In this document: positions 47,885 through 60,929 of the stretch, piece after piece
Numbering within the stretch: the first letter of the stretch is position 1
Layout: every line of letters begins with the position of its first letter
DNA from: Nemertoderma westbladi
Taxonomy: Eukaryota > Animalia > Xenacoelomorpha
DNA length: 64,000 bases
Reading direction: 5' to 3'
Assembly (NCBI GenBank): GCA_032718475.1
Contig: JAUCBJ010006724.1
Coordinates: forward strand, 8,472-72,471
Made by a program: the position numbers and the translations under genes
Notes under the pieces: model-generated
The model's input: only the letters and a program-made list of their open reading frames with translations
What the model was told of the DNA's origin: nothing
Databases searched by the model: none

Positions 47885-48178
47885 ATAACAGATATTGCTT
47901 CTGGATTGCGGTGTAAGCAATCAAGTCTAAAGTACCGGTACCGGTTGAAAGGTAACCTGTACTGCTGTAGGCCTGTAGGCCCAACTGCCCGAACCGGTAC
48001 TTACGGTACAGGTACATCAGTATTATTCGATTTTGATAATTATATACCGGTAGGCCTTAATAATTAATCAGGGACGGCCGCCCTGGTTTTTTATTGAGAT
48101 TTTACTTGTTTCTGTCAAGTTTTATTTATTTGTAGGCCAGTATTGAGCAGAAGGCGTGTAAGCCTGCGCAGATTGTAC

Positions 48179-48750
48179 AGATAATTTGTAGGCTTGACTG
48201 TTGGCTGACTGTTGATTAGGTCTGAACGGATTGCAGTGCATGTAGAGTGTATGTCCGATAAAGAACGGTTAGGAAGTAGGGGCAGCCATAGCTGTAAGGT
48301 AAACCCCCATCTAAAGAATAAGTCGTACTACTGGGTTAGAACGCATACTACTTAACCATTTCGGAGTCTGCATGTCCTGTGGTTTATTTAGGCTTGATAG
48401 TAGTCTGCCATCGTTTAGTCTGTACTTTGTTTGTGTAGTCTGTACGGGTAGCGTATAATTTTATTTAGATAATTTGTAGGCTGGATAGTTGTCTGGCTGT
48501 TGTTGGGTTTGAGGAAATTTCGGTGTGTGTAGAGCATCTGTCCGATAAAGAACGGTTAGGAAGTAGGGGCAGCCATAGCTGTAAGGTAAATCCCCATCTA
48601 AAGAATAAGTCGTACTACTGGGTTAGAACGCATACTACTTAATCATTTCGGAGTCTGCATATACCGTAGTTTGTTTAGGCTTGATAGTAGTCTGTCAGTA
48701 TTTGGTCTGCATTTTGTTTGAGTAGTTTGTACGCGTAGCGTAATATTTAT
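48179..48750 (+). repeat. ~288-bp tandem duplication in the 5' leader
   Basis: Cores 48253-48373 and 48540-48660 differ at 2 of 121 positions. Confidence 0.9.
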
Positions 48751-49995
48751 TGTTCAGAGTTTATGCTATTATTCGCAACATTCATATCCCCAAGTTTATT
48801 CCTACAGTAATTGTGTTTGTTATACATACCGTTATAGTTAAACTAACCCCGGTACTACATCAGGGCTGCTCGGCGTAGGTAAAGACTGGTGATTTTGTGC
48901 ACCGGTCACTCCAGCAGATGCCGTGGTTCTTTTAGCTGTTCAAGTATTTTAACTACTAATTATTTGTTGTACAAGTACTTGTACCTAATTTAGGGTTTAG
49001 TGTACAGTGCTTTCCGAAAGCAATTAGTGTGTAGGCAGTATATTTGTGTTGTAAAGTGGTTAATAGGCACGTTGGTTCTGGTAGACCTCGGTAATTAACT
49101 TCTAGGTAGGGACACTCCATGATACATAACGTAGTACCTATAGCGATACGGTTATAGGTCGTCAGGCGGTGGTATTTTCCTATCTGGACAACGCAGTATA
49201 TTTACTACTACTTATTATTTTCAAATACCGTAGTAACCTGTCCGTTGTAATAACCAGATATTCTAACCCTTTGTTAGGCTGGTTAGTAGACTTCTTGTAA
49301 AATTACCCTAAAAATTCTGTATTTGTGTATTTGTAATTAAATTTTTGTGTTTATTTAGAGATTGTAATCTCAACCCGAATTGTACGTAATTTGTAGTATT
49401 AAGTAACTTAGGTAAATTAGAATTATTTGTTTTAGTGTCTAACAAGTAGCACTCCACTGAGAGCGCACAGCTTATGTGTAGTGACTCCCCCAGAAATAAT
49501 AACATTTATTTCAAACTCCCCCAGAAATAATAACATTTATTTCAAACATTGACAAAACCCATTAAACGGGTATATATATATTATAAATCAACTCAAACGA
49601 TTTATAAATAGTAGGCCTGCCATACAACAATTAGGTCTCAATATCAGTTGGACTACTGCTTAAATAACGGCAATAAAGTAAGTTAAAGTAACCAAGTAAC
49701 CCTTAAAATTCAGAAATTCAATTATTCTAAAATAATTGACATACCGGTATCCACGATAGGCCTATTATATATTTATATATATTTGTGCTAAAATTACCTA
49801 CCGGTATTCTGTGATAAACTAGTCTGTAATAATACTTATATATACTATAAGCATACCGGTATACTAATATATTATATATCACGCTACACTGAGTAGCAGT
49901 ATCGGTAATTAATTACTAGGCTAGCAGTTAACACTGAATTACTAGACTTGCTTAGACTGTAATATAGCAGTAGACATTCAACTGTGTAAACAAAC

Positions 49996-52900
49996 ATGTC
50001 TGATACTAAGCAGAACCTGTCAGACAGTTTATTAGATGTAACTATCTGCGACTCAGATAGAGGTGTAGAACCGTCTAGTCCTAAGTTCAGTTCACCTCCC
50101 ACTGTGAGGAAGGTCATCCCTCCAGTAGTAATAACAGAACCTAGGCTGGTCCAACATCATAGGTCTATCATAGGCACTCGAGCTCAGGTCAAGCGGGACC
50201 AAGAAGCAGCGGAACAGCAACAACCCGCGAGCCAAGAACTTATTTCTCAGCGGCCCGACAGCTCCAGTAGTGAAGATACTGTAGAGCTGACACCCGAGCG
50301 CGGAGCAAGGATGACGGATGCGGTTTATTCGGATCCCCTTCTCATCCTTCCTGCAGCCGTACTCACTAGGTTATTGATCGCGGTGGAAGAACACCAGATC
50401 GACTGGGCGAGAAGTAAGCGATCAACTAAAGATAGTTATGAGGGATACACAAGGGAAGAACTGAAGTCTATGGTCGAGTCGCAATGGAACTTCCCCGGAC
50501 CCGGACTCCCGTTTGATTTATCAGAAGCTGCCTGGGAAGACATACACCGGATGGGAGTAGCCAAGGAAACCATCGATCCAGCTGTGTGGAAGAGGTCCGC
50601 AGCCGGATACGCACAGGGATTCTTCAGCTCTATGGAGCGAGTAGAAAAACAACTGTTTCAACAACCTCAAGGACCTCAAGAGCAAGGACAACTGCTTTAT
50701 CAAGTTAGAGAAAGAATTCTGCGAATCAGGCTAATATTATCAGCCTTTGAAGAGGCTTCTAAAAGAAGACAAGACACGTCGTTGCAAGTTGCCGTAAAGA
50801 CTTGGTTTCAACGGGTGAGTCACCAGGTTCAAGGAACAGCTCAGTGGAAAGCTCAGCTGGAGGAGCGCTCAACCCATGGAGAATCAACAGACGCTACTTT
50901 TTCCCAAGTGGAAAGTGAAGCGACGGCAGAGAAACCGCATAAGAGGGATGCCATTGACATCTATCTGTCAGACTATCAGCGTTTTTTGGGAGATGAAGAG
51001 TTGAGGAGAAGGCTAGATGGACTTAGCCCTAATAGTGAAGGAGCACAGCGTGTGCTTGACGCCATCGACGTGGATAGGTTAGCGGTGAACCAAGCTAAAT
51101 TCGATGAACAACTCCGCATCGCTAGAGACCAAGAAGAAAGGGTGAAGAAAAAACGCATAGAAGACAGAAAGAAAGCAGCAGTAGCAGCTGCGGAAGCCGA
51201 AAGAGAAGCGGCAGCGGCAGCTGCAGAAGCCGAAAGAGAAGCGGCAGCGGCAGAGGCAGAAGCGGAAAGAAAAGCGGCAGCGGCAGAGGCAGAAGCGGAA
51301 AGAAAAGCGGCAGCGGCAGAGGCAGAAGCGAAAAGAAAAGCAGCCGAAATGGAAAGAAAAGTGGCAAGAGCAGCGGCAGAAGCGGAGCGGATAGCAGCTG
51401 AAGAGATTGCCCAATTAGAATTGGAAAATATTCAGGAGAATCAAGACTGCATAAATAAACAGTTAACAGCTAGTAATATGCAGATGATGAATCGATCTAC
51501 TCCCAAAAGACAGGGATATACATCATCTGAGGAAGGCGATACCACCGATACTGAAGGCAAAGGAAATAGATCTCACCTAAGCAGACGCAAAAGAACATTC
51601 CACCGTCAGAAATTGCCTGATTTGCCTCCAGCTGTTAGAAGGCAACTAAATAACACCAACTTAGGTAGTACAGAACCCACAGACCAAATAATTACAATAG
51701 AGAGACTCCCTACTATAGTAGATGAGCCTGAAATAATTAGGCCTGTTCCCGAAGCCACCCTTTCGGTCGTAGAGACACCTGTACTCCCTGAACCTACCTC
51801 TCAATTCCCTTTGCACAGCACTAAGCTACCTGTGCCCAGCAGAACAGCCCATGAGACAGTTCAGGCCCTGGACTCCGAGCGAAATATTCATGATTTGTCG
51901 CCCGTTGTCCCTCGTCCGCCCGCTACAACGTTGGCGAATCCCGCTTCGGCGGTCGAATGGGTGGACGAGAGACGACGGGGGATGGATCTCCTGCTCGGAC
52001 AGATGCAGGAGGCTGTTCAGCAATTCAAGGGCACAGTAAGGGAAAGTAGGCTAGAGTTGCAAGAAGTGCAGCAAAGTATCGCGCTAGAACGCGATAAATT
52101 AGTAAATACACAAAGGGGTATACCACCACCCCCTGTAACAATGTGTCAACCTGTTAGGTCTGAAGTATCTCATGCGCAAGGTGTGGAGCCTACACGCATC
52201 TATACTGCTAGCGAAGTAGAAACTCCTATAGTGAACCCTATTAAGAGTAATTATAGACCTGTTGATAATGATATTCCCTATAGACCGGATCATAATCCGA
52301 GAAATTTATATACCGATAACTCGATATTAAATAACACGATGGCCCAAGAAAGTTTTACGCGTCAAATGGCTAGAACCGAAGCCCGGCAAGCGGTAAAGGT
52401 GGGAGAGATCGTCAAGTTCAATGGAGATGAGATGAAATGGTTACCTTTTAATGAATATTACAAAGATAACATACAGAACTCTGTACTTTCTAATGGAGAG
52501 AAACTTAGATTCCTCATCGAGTGCTTGGAAGGATCTCCCAAGTTAATGGCGTTAAAGTTTATTGGACATCCAGACGGATTAAGACAAGTTTGGGATACAC
52601 TAAACATCAGGTATGGTAATAGGAATAACATAGCTGGGTATTTGTATGCAAAGTTAGTAGCGCCCCGAAAGTTTATTAGCAGCGGAATTATAGAGTTTTC
52701 CGATGAGATTCAGGAGATCTGCAGACAATTAGATTGGCTAGGTAAGTCTCATGAGTATCAGAATGCTATGGTTATTAGAGCAGTGGCTTCTACTTTACCG
52801 AAGGGTGGAGTAGGTACACGCTGGGATAAGAAAGTGTTATATATGATGGAACAACAACGACGAGACCCTACCATGGCTGATCTCATGTCATTCCTAGATG

Positions 52901-55900
52901 GAGAAGTGAAATTACAGCTCCTGAAACTGTCCAGAGAGAAGACACCGGAAAACAAGGTAAGTGAAAAACCCGTCGCTAGGAGAAAGGTAACACCAGTGTG
53001 TTATACAGATGATGGCGAAAGCCAGACTTCTCAAGGAGAAGATAGCGGGAAAGACACTGACAGATCTTATTACGTAAATAAAATGCCTAAAGATCAGGTA
53101 AGTAAATTCAAGTCTCGAACAAATGACAGGAGAGAACAGGTAAGAAAAACTCCTCCTACGTCTCCCAAGAGAATTCAGGTGAGAAAGCCCGAAGAAAGGA
53201 CAAGTGTACACAATGTTACTCAGAATAAGGTAAGTAACATCAAACCGAAATGTGCGCTATGTGATGGGACCCATCGCTTGAATATGTGTGATGAATTTCT
53301 AAAGAAATCATTAACTGAGAGACGTGAAGTCATGTGGGATAAGCGGTTGTGTTATAATTGCCTCAGACATGGACACCAACGGCGAACCTGTTACTCTGAC
53401 ATAAGATGTGCCAAGTGCGGTGCGAAACATCATATCTTGTTACACACTGAATTCGAGCGAAATAGTCCGAGTCAGGTAAGTGATTCCGAGCTACATGTCC
53501 AATTCAGTGATGTGAACGACACTGATCAATCTGAGATGGAAGGATTCTATACAGACGAGTTCTCCGACGAAAACGAATCCTGTTACACAATAAATACCAC
53601 AGTGTATCGAGCACTCACGTATGAAAGGGATACGGACAGCGACCTTACCCTAACTACTTCTGATCAACAACCATTTTGGAAAGCGCCAACTTCCAATGTA
53701 GGGATTAGAGAATTTCCTGTGGTACAGGTAAGGGTCCATGGACCAAAAAGGAGTTATGTAGTGAACACCCTCCTTGACTCCGGTAGTACAGGAACATTCA
53801 TCGACAAAGAGCTAGCCGAGGACATATTCGCTGGACAACCCAAGTTCCGAACTAAGCTAAACATGTCAGGAATTATGCAAGTTTGGAAATCCACAGTAAC
53901 AGCGGATTATTATGTAGGTGCGTTGTCCACCCCCCAGGACGAACTAGGAGAACATAGCATAAGGTCAGTGAAAATGGTGGCTATAAAGAACTTCGCTACT
54001 ACTCAAGCAGACCTTTATAATTGGGACGAGGATGAGAGCATCCAACATCTTAAGATACCTCGATTCCAGACTGATTATCCTGGAGTGCAAATACTCATCG
54101 GCCAAAACGCGCATGAGGCGCTCGAGACATTGGAGAAACGGCCTGCTCAACCGCAGCCACTACAAACCTATGCGGTAAGAACTAGAGTAGGTTGGTACTT
54201 TACTGGCCCTTCCCGTAGAACTCTCATGGAAAGATTACCGAAAGACCAGGTATATCAAGCGCGAGAATGGGAAGTTGAGAACAGTGAGTTCGACGATCCA
54301 ACTGAGAGAACTCCATACTCCTCAGACAACGACGATATACATCAACTTTTTGATGAGGAGAATGCCATCGATCTCCTTAAGGAAAGCGAGACTTGGCAAA
54401 ATCAAGTGAACTTATGTCAACTCCTTCTCCCATCTGAGCGAGACGACTATAACGACGAGCTTAATGACGTCATTGAACGTTATAATGCCAAGACTCGGGA
54501 TGAACACGCCGTGAGATTCTTTACTCAAGAGGTCGTAGAGCCCAACTCCTACGATAAGGCCCTATCGGTGGAGGAAGAAAGAGCCAAGCAGATCCAAGCG
54601 ACAACTACTCGTTTTCTTAAAGATCAAGGTAGGTATGAGATCGGACTTCCTTTCCGAAAGCGAGAACCAAAGTTCATTAACAACAGACCTTTGGCAGAGA
54701 AAAGAATTGCTCAACTACATCGACGCCTTACGGCAAATTCTTCAGCTAAAGAAATGTATAAAACACAGTTGAAGAAGTTTATTAGCAAGGGATATGCGGA
54801 GCTAGTACCGGAAGAAACCCCTATAACTGAGAGAACGTATTACTTAACTCACCATTACGTTCCCAAACCCGGTAAACCCCATGAAGTACGAGTGGTGTTT
54901 GACGGTTCCGCCCTTTATATGGGCCAATCTCTTAATTCTGAATTGTTACCCGGACCCAACTTACTCCAATCTTTGTTGGGAATACTACTAAGATTAAGAC
55001 AATATTCCATTGCTTTCGCATCAGATATAGAAGGCATGTTCTTACAAGTCAAAGCGCTGGATAGGGATCGAGATAGCCTACGATTTTTGTGGTGGCCTGA
55101 AGGAGACCTCAATAAGAAACCTGTGGAGTACTGGATGACCATCCAAGCTTTTGGGATAATCTCGAGCCCTTCAAACGCCTGTTCCGTGGTGCGCACCACT
55201 GCGGATGACAACCGAGACGCCTTCTCTAAAGAAGTGATCGACAATATCAAACGAGACATCTACATGGACGATAATCTAAAGTCCCTTCCATCAGTTGAAG
55301 AAGCCATTGAGGTCGCTAAAGGAACGGTAGAGTGCTTAAAAAGAGGTGGATTTCGATTAACTAAATTCACCAGCAACTCCCGTGAGTTTCTGGAGTCGAT
55401 CCCGGTAGAAGATCGAGGAACAAAGGACCTGGATCTAATAAAGGATGATCTCCCAGAAACTAAGACCCTTGGTTTGAAATGGGACACAGAAAGAGATATC
55501 CTGTTTTTCCAACTAAAACAGCGAGATAATCCAGTTCGGACTAAACGGATATGTTTAAGTATCCTGAGCACTTATTTCGATCCATTGGGATTTATTAGCC
55601 CAGTTATATTAATTGCTCGGAGTTTAGTACAACAAATGTGGCTTGAAAACCATTCATGGGACGATCCACTTAAGGGAGAATTATTAAAGAAGTGGATGAA
55701 ATGGGAAGATTCTCTACCAGCCATCGAAAACTTCATAATTTCCCGTTCATATTTTGGTCATGTTCTCCCTACGTATTCATATCAACTCCATGTGTTTGGA
55801 GACGCCAGCGATATGGGAATCGGTATAGTAGCCTACCTAAGGGTGGAAACTCCGGACGGAATCAAAGTCGCCTTGGTTACCTCTAAGGCATTAATAAACA

Positions 55901-58146
55901 ACAAGTTGAAAGTTCCTCGAGCGGAGTTAAAAGTGGCCCTATACGCTACAGCCATCGGCCGGAATGTAACAGAACAGATCGACTATCCCCTGGAGAAAAC
56001 TGTCTATTGGACCGACGCTTTGCTCGTGTTGGAGTATATAACCAATGAAGTCTGTCAGTTCAGCGTCTTCGTTACCAACAGAGTAGCTATTATACTCAGT
56101 CGCACGACGATGGATCAATGGAGACATTGCCCCGGAACGATTAATCCAGCAGACATCGCTTCCAGGGGAGCAACTCCACAAGAACTGGTAGATACTCCGG
56201 ACTGGTTAGGTGGACCCAACTTCCTCTACCAAGAAGAAGAAGAATGGCCTCCTCATCTTACTACAGCAGAAATTAGACAGGCCAAGGGAGCGGAGAAAGT
56301 CAAACCTAAAACTCAGACGAGTAAATCGAAGTTATTCAAACCCACAGTAGATCTGTCTGTACTACATACTTCCGGAGACGACGCTTTGGATCAGAAACCC
56401 ACAGCCACAAATAAACCCGTTGTGGAAATCCGTGATAAGGATTGGAAATCTGGCATACCAGACGTCTCGCAAGGACTCTCACCTCTTCTGCAGAGAGCGA
56501 TACATCACTACAGTTCCTGGAATCGGCTCTGTAAAGCCATTACATATTTAAAGAGATGTTTTCACCATCACTATTCCAGGATGAAGGCCAAAGGTGATAT
56601 CGCTCCCATAACATCAGTGCAGGTCCATGTTATTAAAGATCTTCCTAAATATAAGGTACCCGACAAGTTTCTGAAGGAGAAGATCAGTTATCAGGAGCAT
56701 GAAGAAACCAACAAACAGATGCTGAGACTCTTACAATGCTATGAAGATTCCGATAAGTATTTCCTGTTGTTGAGAAATCCACAGATGCGCTTAAGGGATC
56801 GTTTCTCTAGCACAATGATAGATGGGTTGATACCTGTTGGAGGAAGGTTAACGAATGCCCCATTATCCTTTGATACTAAGTTCCCCATACTCATTAGAAA
56901 TCTTGAAATACAAGTCAAGATGATTGTAGATGTTCACAGCAAACTTTATCATGCTGGTAGAGAACGAGTTCTTAGCGAAATTCGAACTCGCTATTATTTT
57001 TATAAACCTCGTAGAGCTCTGAACCAAGTTCTTAGGAACTGTATACCCTGTAGGAAAGCATTCAGTAGGCCTTTAACACAGCGAGAGGCAGAATTACCTA
57101 GGGAATGAGTAAGCTTTTATGAACCACCCTTTACTAATACCGGTGTGGATTTATTTGGCCCTATTGAAGTATATCGTGCTAGGACTATAGTCAAGAGATG
57201 GTGTGTAATCTTTGTTTGTATGACTTGTAGAGCCATCCATCTCGATATGGTGAACGATTTATCTACCAACAGCTTTCTATTAAGCTTACGACGACAGATC
57301 GCTCGCTTTGGCACTAGTAACACGATGAGATCTGATAAGGGAACAAACTTCATTGGTGCCAACAATGAAATTAAAGCTTACGTCAAAGATTGGAACCAAA
57401 GACAGGTGGACGACCAACTACGAGTAACAGCGTCTAGTTGGACCTTCAACGCCGCCGACGCCCCTTGGTGGGGAGGAAGTTGGGAGAGATTAATAAGAAG
57501 TGTGAAGACGGCATTTCATTTTATAGTGCCTTGTCGTGCTTATCTCACCGACGAACTTTTGCGGACGTTAATGGAAGAAATCGCCGCCTATCTCAACGAG
57601 AGACCGCTTATGCCAGTCTCATCGAGTCCCGATTCCCTGGAAGCGCTAACACCCGCGCACTTCCTACTGAAGAAACCTGTAGCCATGCTCCCACAATCGG
57701 AAATCACAGATGGAGACGAATACTGCCGACAAACTTGGCAACTCATGCAGTTGTTATCCCGTCGTTTCGCTGACCATTTCGAAAAACATTATCTGCCCAC
57801 GCTACAACTTCGAACTAAGTGGTTTGCGCAGCAAGAAAACGTCAGCGCTGGAGACATGGTGCTTATTGTGGATGTGGATCTTCCACGTAAGCGGTGGCAG
57901 ACAGGTCGTATAATCGAGACACACATCTCGGATGACGGTTTGGTGCGATCGGTAGAACTCGTCGTCATGCGACGTAACTTCAAGAAACCGGGAATTGTCT
58001 TCGAGACGCAGCAGCTCAATCGCCCGGTGGGACGTTTATGTTTACTGGAAAGAGACAGAGAACTCTCCGGAAACTATGGGAGACAAGATACTCTTCCCAC
58101 GACCACCTCCCTAATCCAACAAACATCTAGGGACTCCCCAACTTAA
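49996..58146 (+). pseudogene. BEL/Pao Gag-Pol (~2716 codons) with one in-frame TGA at 57106-57108
   Basis: Three Zn knuckles, LLDSGS, SDIEGMF, YMDD, VFGDAS, LPRE*VS..GVDLFGP, SDKGTNF, WERLI. The two ORFs share a frame. Confidence 0.95.
51185..51400 (+). repeat. Coding ~30-bp repeat (AEAERKAAAA) in the Gag N-terminal extension
   Basis: gcggcagcggcagaggcagaagcggaaagaaaa-type units. Confidence 0.9.
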
Positions 58147-58699
58147 AATGGCTGGAGTGGGTGTGTGACCATATTCTTTTATATTTGTATTTGTTTTATT
58201 TTTATATTTATGTATGTATTATTATGTAATTTTATTTTAATCGTTTTATTTAATTTTATTTAGTAGTATGGTATTTTAGAGGTTATTTAGTAGATTAGTG
58301 CAATATATATTCGCGTTTATTATTTAATTACGTATATTATATATTTAGTGCGACGGCGAGAAATAATTCTTTTTCTCTTTCCTTACTGCCCGTATTATAT
58401 TATCAATACGTGACTACAGTAAGATGAAATCTTCGTACTTATTAAAGTACAATAAAGCCACTACTATATTCAAGTATTATTGGTAGGCAGAGTATTAGGA
58501 ATGCAAAGTTCAGATCCTCGTGTCTCGGCTAAACCAAGCTCTGGGTAGACCTTGGAAACGACTTGCCTCTTCTCACTGACATTGCTTCGTGCGATATTGC
58601 TCTCATACCGTATATTAAATAATACATATAGTAGCGTGATGTCCCTTTAACAGTAGCGTATAACGCAAAATAAATCTGTTAAACCCTTTGACCATCTGC

Positions 58700-58980
58700 A
58701 ATTCTAGTCGATTAAGATATCGTGGCACCCACCGATATACTTGAAAGACAAATTTCTAGAATCAATGGTTAACGTCCCCAGACAAGTTCTGGAATAAATT
58801 GGTGCCCATTTCAAATATTAATTATTAATATTTACAAAAATCTGTCAAATATCAGATCCTTTAAAATTCTAGTCGATTAAGATATCGTAGCACTTACCGA
58901 TACTCTTAAAAGGACAAAATTCCTAGAATCAAGGATTCCAGTCCCCAGACACATTCTGGAATAAAATTGTGTCTATTTAA
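58700..58980 (+). repeat. Diverged tandem duplication (~166-bp period) between pol and the accessory ORF
   Basis: aattctagtcgattaagatatcgt..ctagaatcaa..gtccccagaca..ttctggaataaa occurs twice. Confidence 0.85.
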
Positions 58981-59798
58981 CATTAAATAATAAAATTTAC
59001 GGGAATAAATTTAAATTCATATATTTCAATGAATTTAATAAATTGTCATTTTATACAATTTATAACATTCCCAAAATTCCATTAATTAATAGATCATGGG
59101 AGCGGAGATTCACTCTATTAAGTGTATTTGTGTGCGAGAATCTCCAATGTATAGTCAATAGCCGATAAAATTCATAGAATCATGTATAAAGGGGATATTG
59201 ACCATTAAAGAATTACTATTAAATAGCATCCCAGATCTGTATGCATGAGAATTACCCTAATTCTACCGCTAGCTTTCCATAATGTCACCATGGCAACAAC
59301 CACGCTAGAATTAGAAGTGAGTTAAAAGAACAATAGAAAGCATGCCCCATTGAGTAGCATAAGGAATAAATAGCGCACCGCTAGTATCCAAGGATACATA
59401 ATAACAACGTGACATTCTGGAAGGCACTTGACTAACGGACAAATGACCCGAATGTGTGATAGAATGTGTACCATTTGTGACTGTTACGTGGAATTTGTGC
59501 GTTTGTAGGTGAATGTTACTACTAAGGTGTGTTTACAGTAGCGAGTCGCAATTGTGAAAGTAACCCTAACTCTCCAGTAAGAACCCGAAGTATATCTAAG
59601 CCTTTGGGACGGACGGTGGAGTGGCTCGTGCTGGTTGTTGTAGTCGTTGTGCAGCTACGACGTTGGCGATAGGCACATCGGCGAAAGTACACCAGCGCTG
59701 AGGATCTCGCACTGTCCGGGGGCAGAGAGGGGTAGGCAGCGACGCCCGCTCGCCTAAATATAAACTCATTATAATATGGATAAATTTATATAGCAGAT

Positions 59799-60929
59799 AT
59801 GATTGAGTTGATAGAAGATGATCTTGGTATCAGGGAGCGATATACTCTACCTTTACAAGCGTTTGTTGATAGCTTGATACACGGCGACGCTGGTCCAACT
59901 GCTGCGGAGGACGATGGTCGTTATATCGAACCGCCAATGTCCCAAGAGCAGCTCACGCGTGAGTTGGACTATAAGAAATTCACCGCTCGCTATACGCATC
60001 GTAATGGTACGTATGTGGACTTCTTAACTACTGGTCATCCTATCGATTTATACGATACGGACAATGTCGACACCAAAAGGGAAATGGTACGCTTGAAATA
60101 TCCTACCCAGCGGAGGCGGAACGATAAACCGAGAATGGAACACGAGAATTCTATTCGAAACAGACTCGAAAGAGAAGACGTTGAGGAGCCGGATAAACGC
60201 AGCGACTTCAACGATTATCTGGAATTCCTGATAGAAACATATCTCAATATTGCCAGTCAACAAAATCTAGAAACTCGATATCCTCAAGGTATACATCATG
60301 ACCGCATGGTAGAACTCAAACGGCTCTATTCCCCTATGATGTATCTTACCGCCGATCGACCGCTACCTGTTGTACCGAATAGCTTCGAACGGATGGAGGA
60401 ATATTGTAAGCTGGAGAAAGATCACTCGCGTTTCCCCTACAAGACGTACGTTTTTGGGTATTATTGCGATGAATGCCCAAGACCCAACCAACAAACGGAA
60501 AGACATAAACATCCGCGGAGACGTTGCTTTAAACACGGTTTTACTCGCTATACTTACGGGAGTTTCGAGCGAAACTTGTTCAATGTATCACCTACGCTCG
60601 TTCGACTCAGACGATCCTTAAATAAACCAATGATCAGAGTTTCGGAATACTCGATCAGAGCTCCTCATTCCCTAGTGAGACCTCAGACTCTTGATCCTAT
60701 TAGTATGACGGATCCTCCCGAGCTGTACTCACTGCTCAAAGATCTAGTGTTACCTGAACGATTAGTCGGTGGCACCCCAGTTGTGGGCTTCTTAGATATT
60801 AGCCCATCCTACCTAGCCGGATTGGGACGCGGACATTTAATATCGCCGTTTAACCCTTACCATCGTCCCGGCTTAACACGATATAACCTGTCACCAAAGT
60901 GGCGGAGAACGTTGTACCAAACGAGTTAA
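59799..60929 (+). CDS. Accessory ORF of unknown function (376 aa) inside the BEL element
   Basis: ATG start, non-repetitive sequence, TATA-like atataaa ~40 bp upstream, CxxC-x16-CxxH motif; homologous DNA in the sister element. Confidence 0.65.
   Translation: MIELIEDDLGIRERYTLPLQAFVDSLIHGDAGPTAAEDDGRYIEPPMSQEQLTRELDYKKFTARYTHRNGTYVDFLTTGHPIDLYDTDNVDTKREMVRLKYPTQRRRNDKPRMEHENSIRNRLEREDVEEPDKRSDFNDYLEFLIETYLNIASQQNLETRYPQGIHHDRMVELKRLYSPMMYLTADRPLPVVPNSFERMEEYCKLEKDHSRFPYKTYVFGYYCDECPRPNQQTERHKHPRRRCFKHGFTRYTYGSFERNLFNVSPTLVRLRRSLNKPMIRVSEYSIRAPHSLVRPQTLDPISMTDPPELYSLLKDLVLPERLVGGTPVVGFLDISPSYLAGLGRGHLISPFNPYHRPGLTRYNLSPKWRRTLYQTS

Noticed and set aside
48253-48660. Hammerhead ribozyme in the duplicated leader
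   Set aside because: No CTGANGA/GAAA core is visible on either strand.
57106-57108. Selenocysteine or alternative genetic code at the internal TGAs
   Set aside because: The positions correspond to Arg-type sites, and other long ORFs have no internal TGA.
59799-60929. env gene
   Set aside because: No evident signal peptide, transmembrane anchor or Cys-rich ectodomain.
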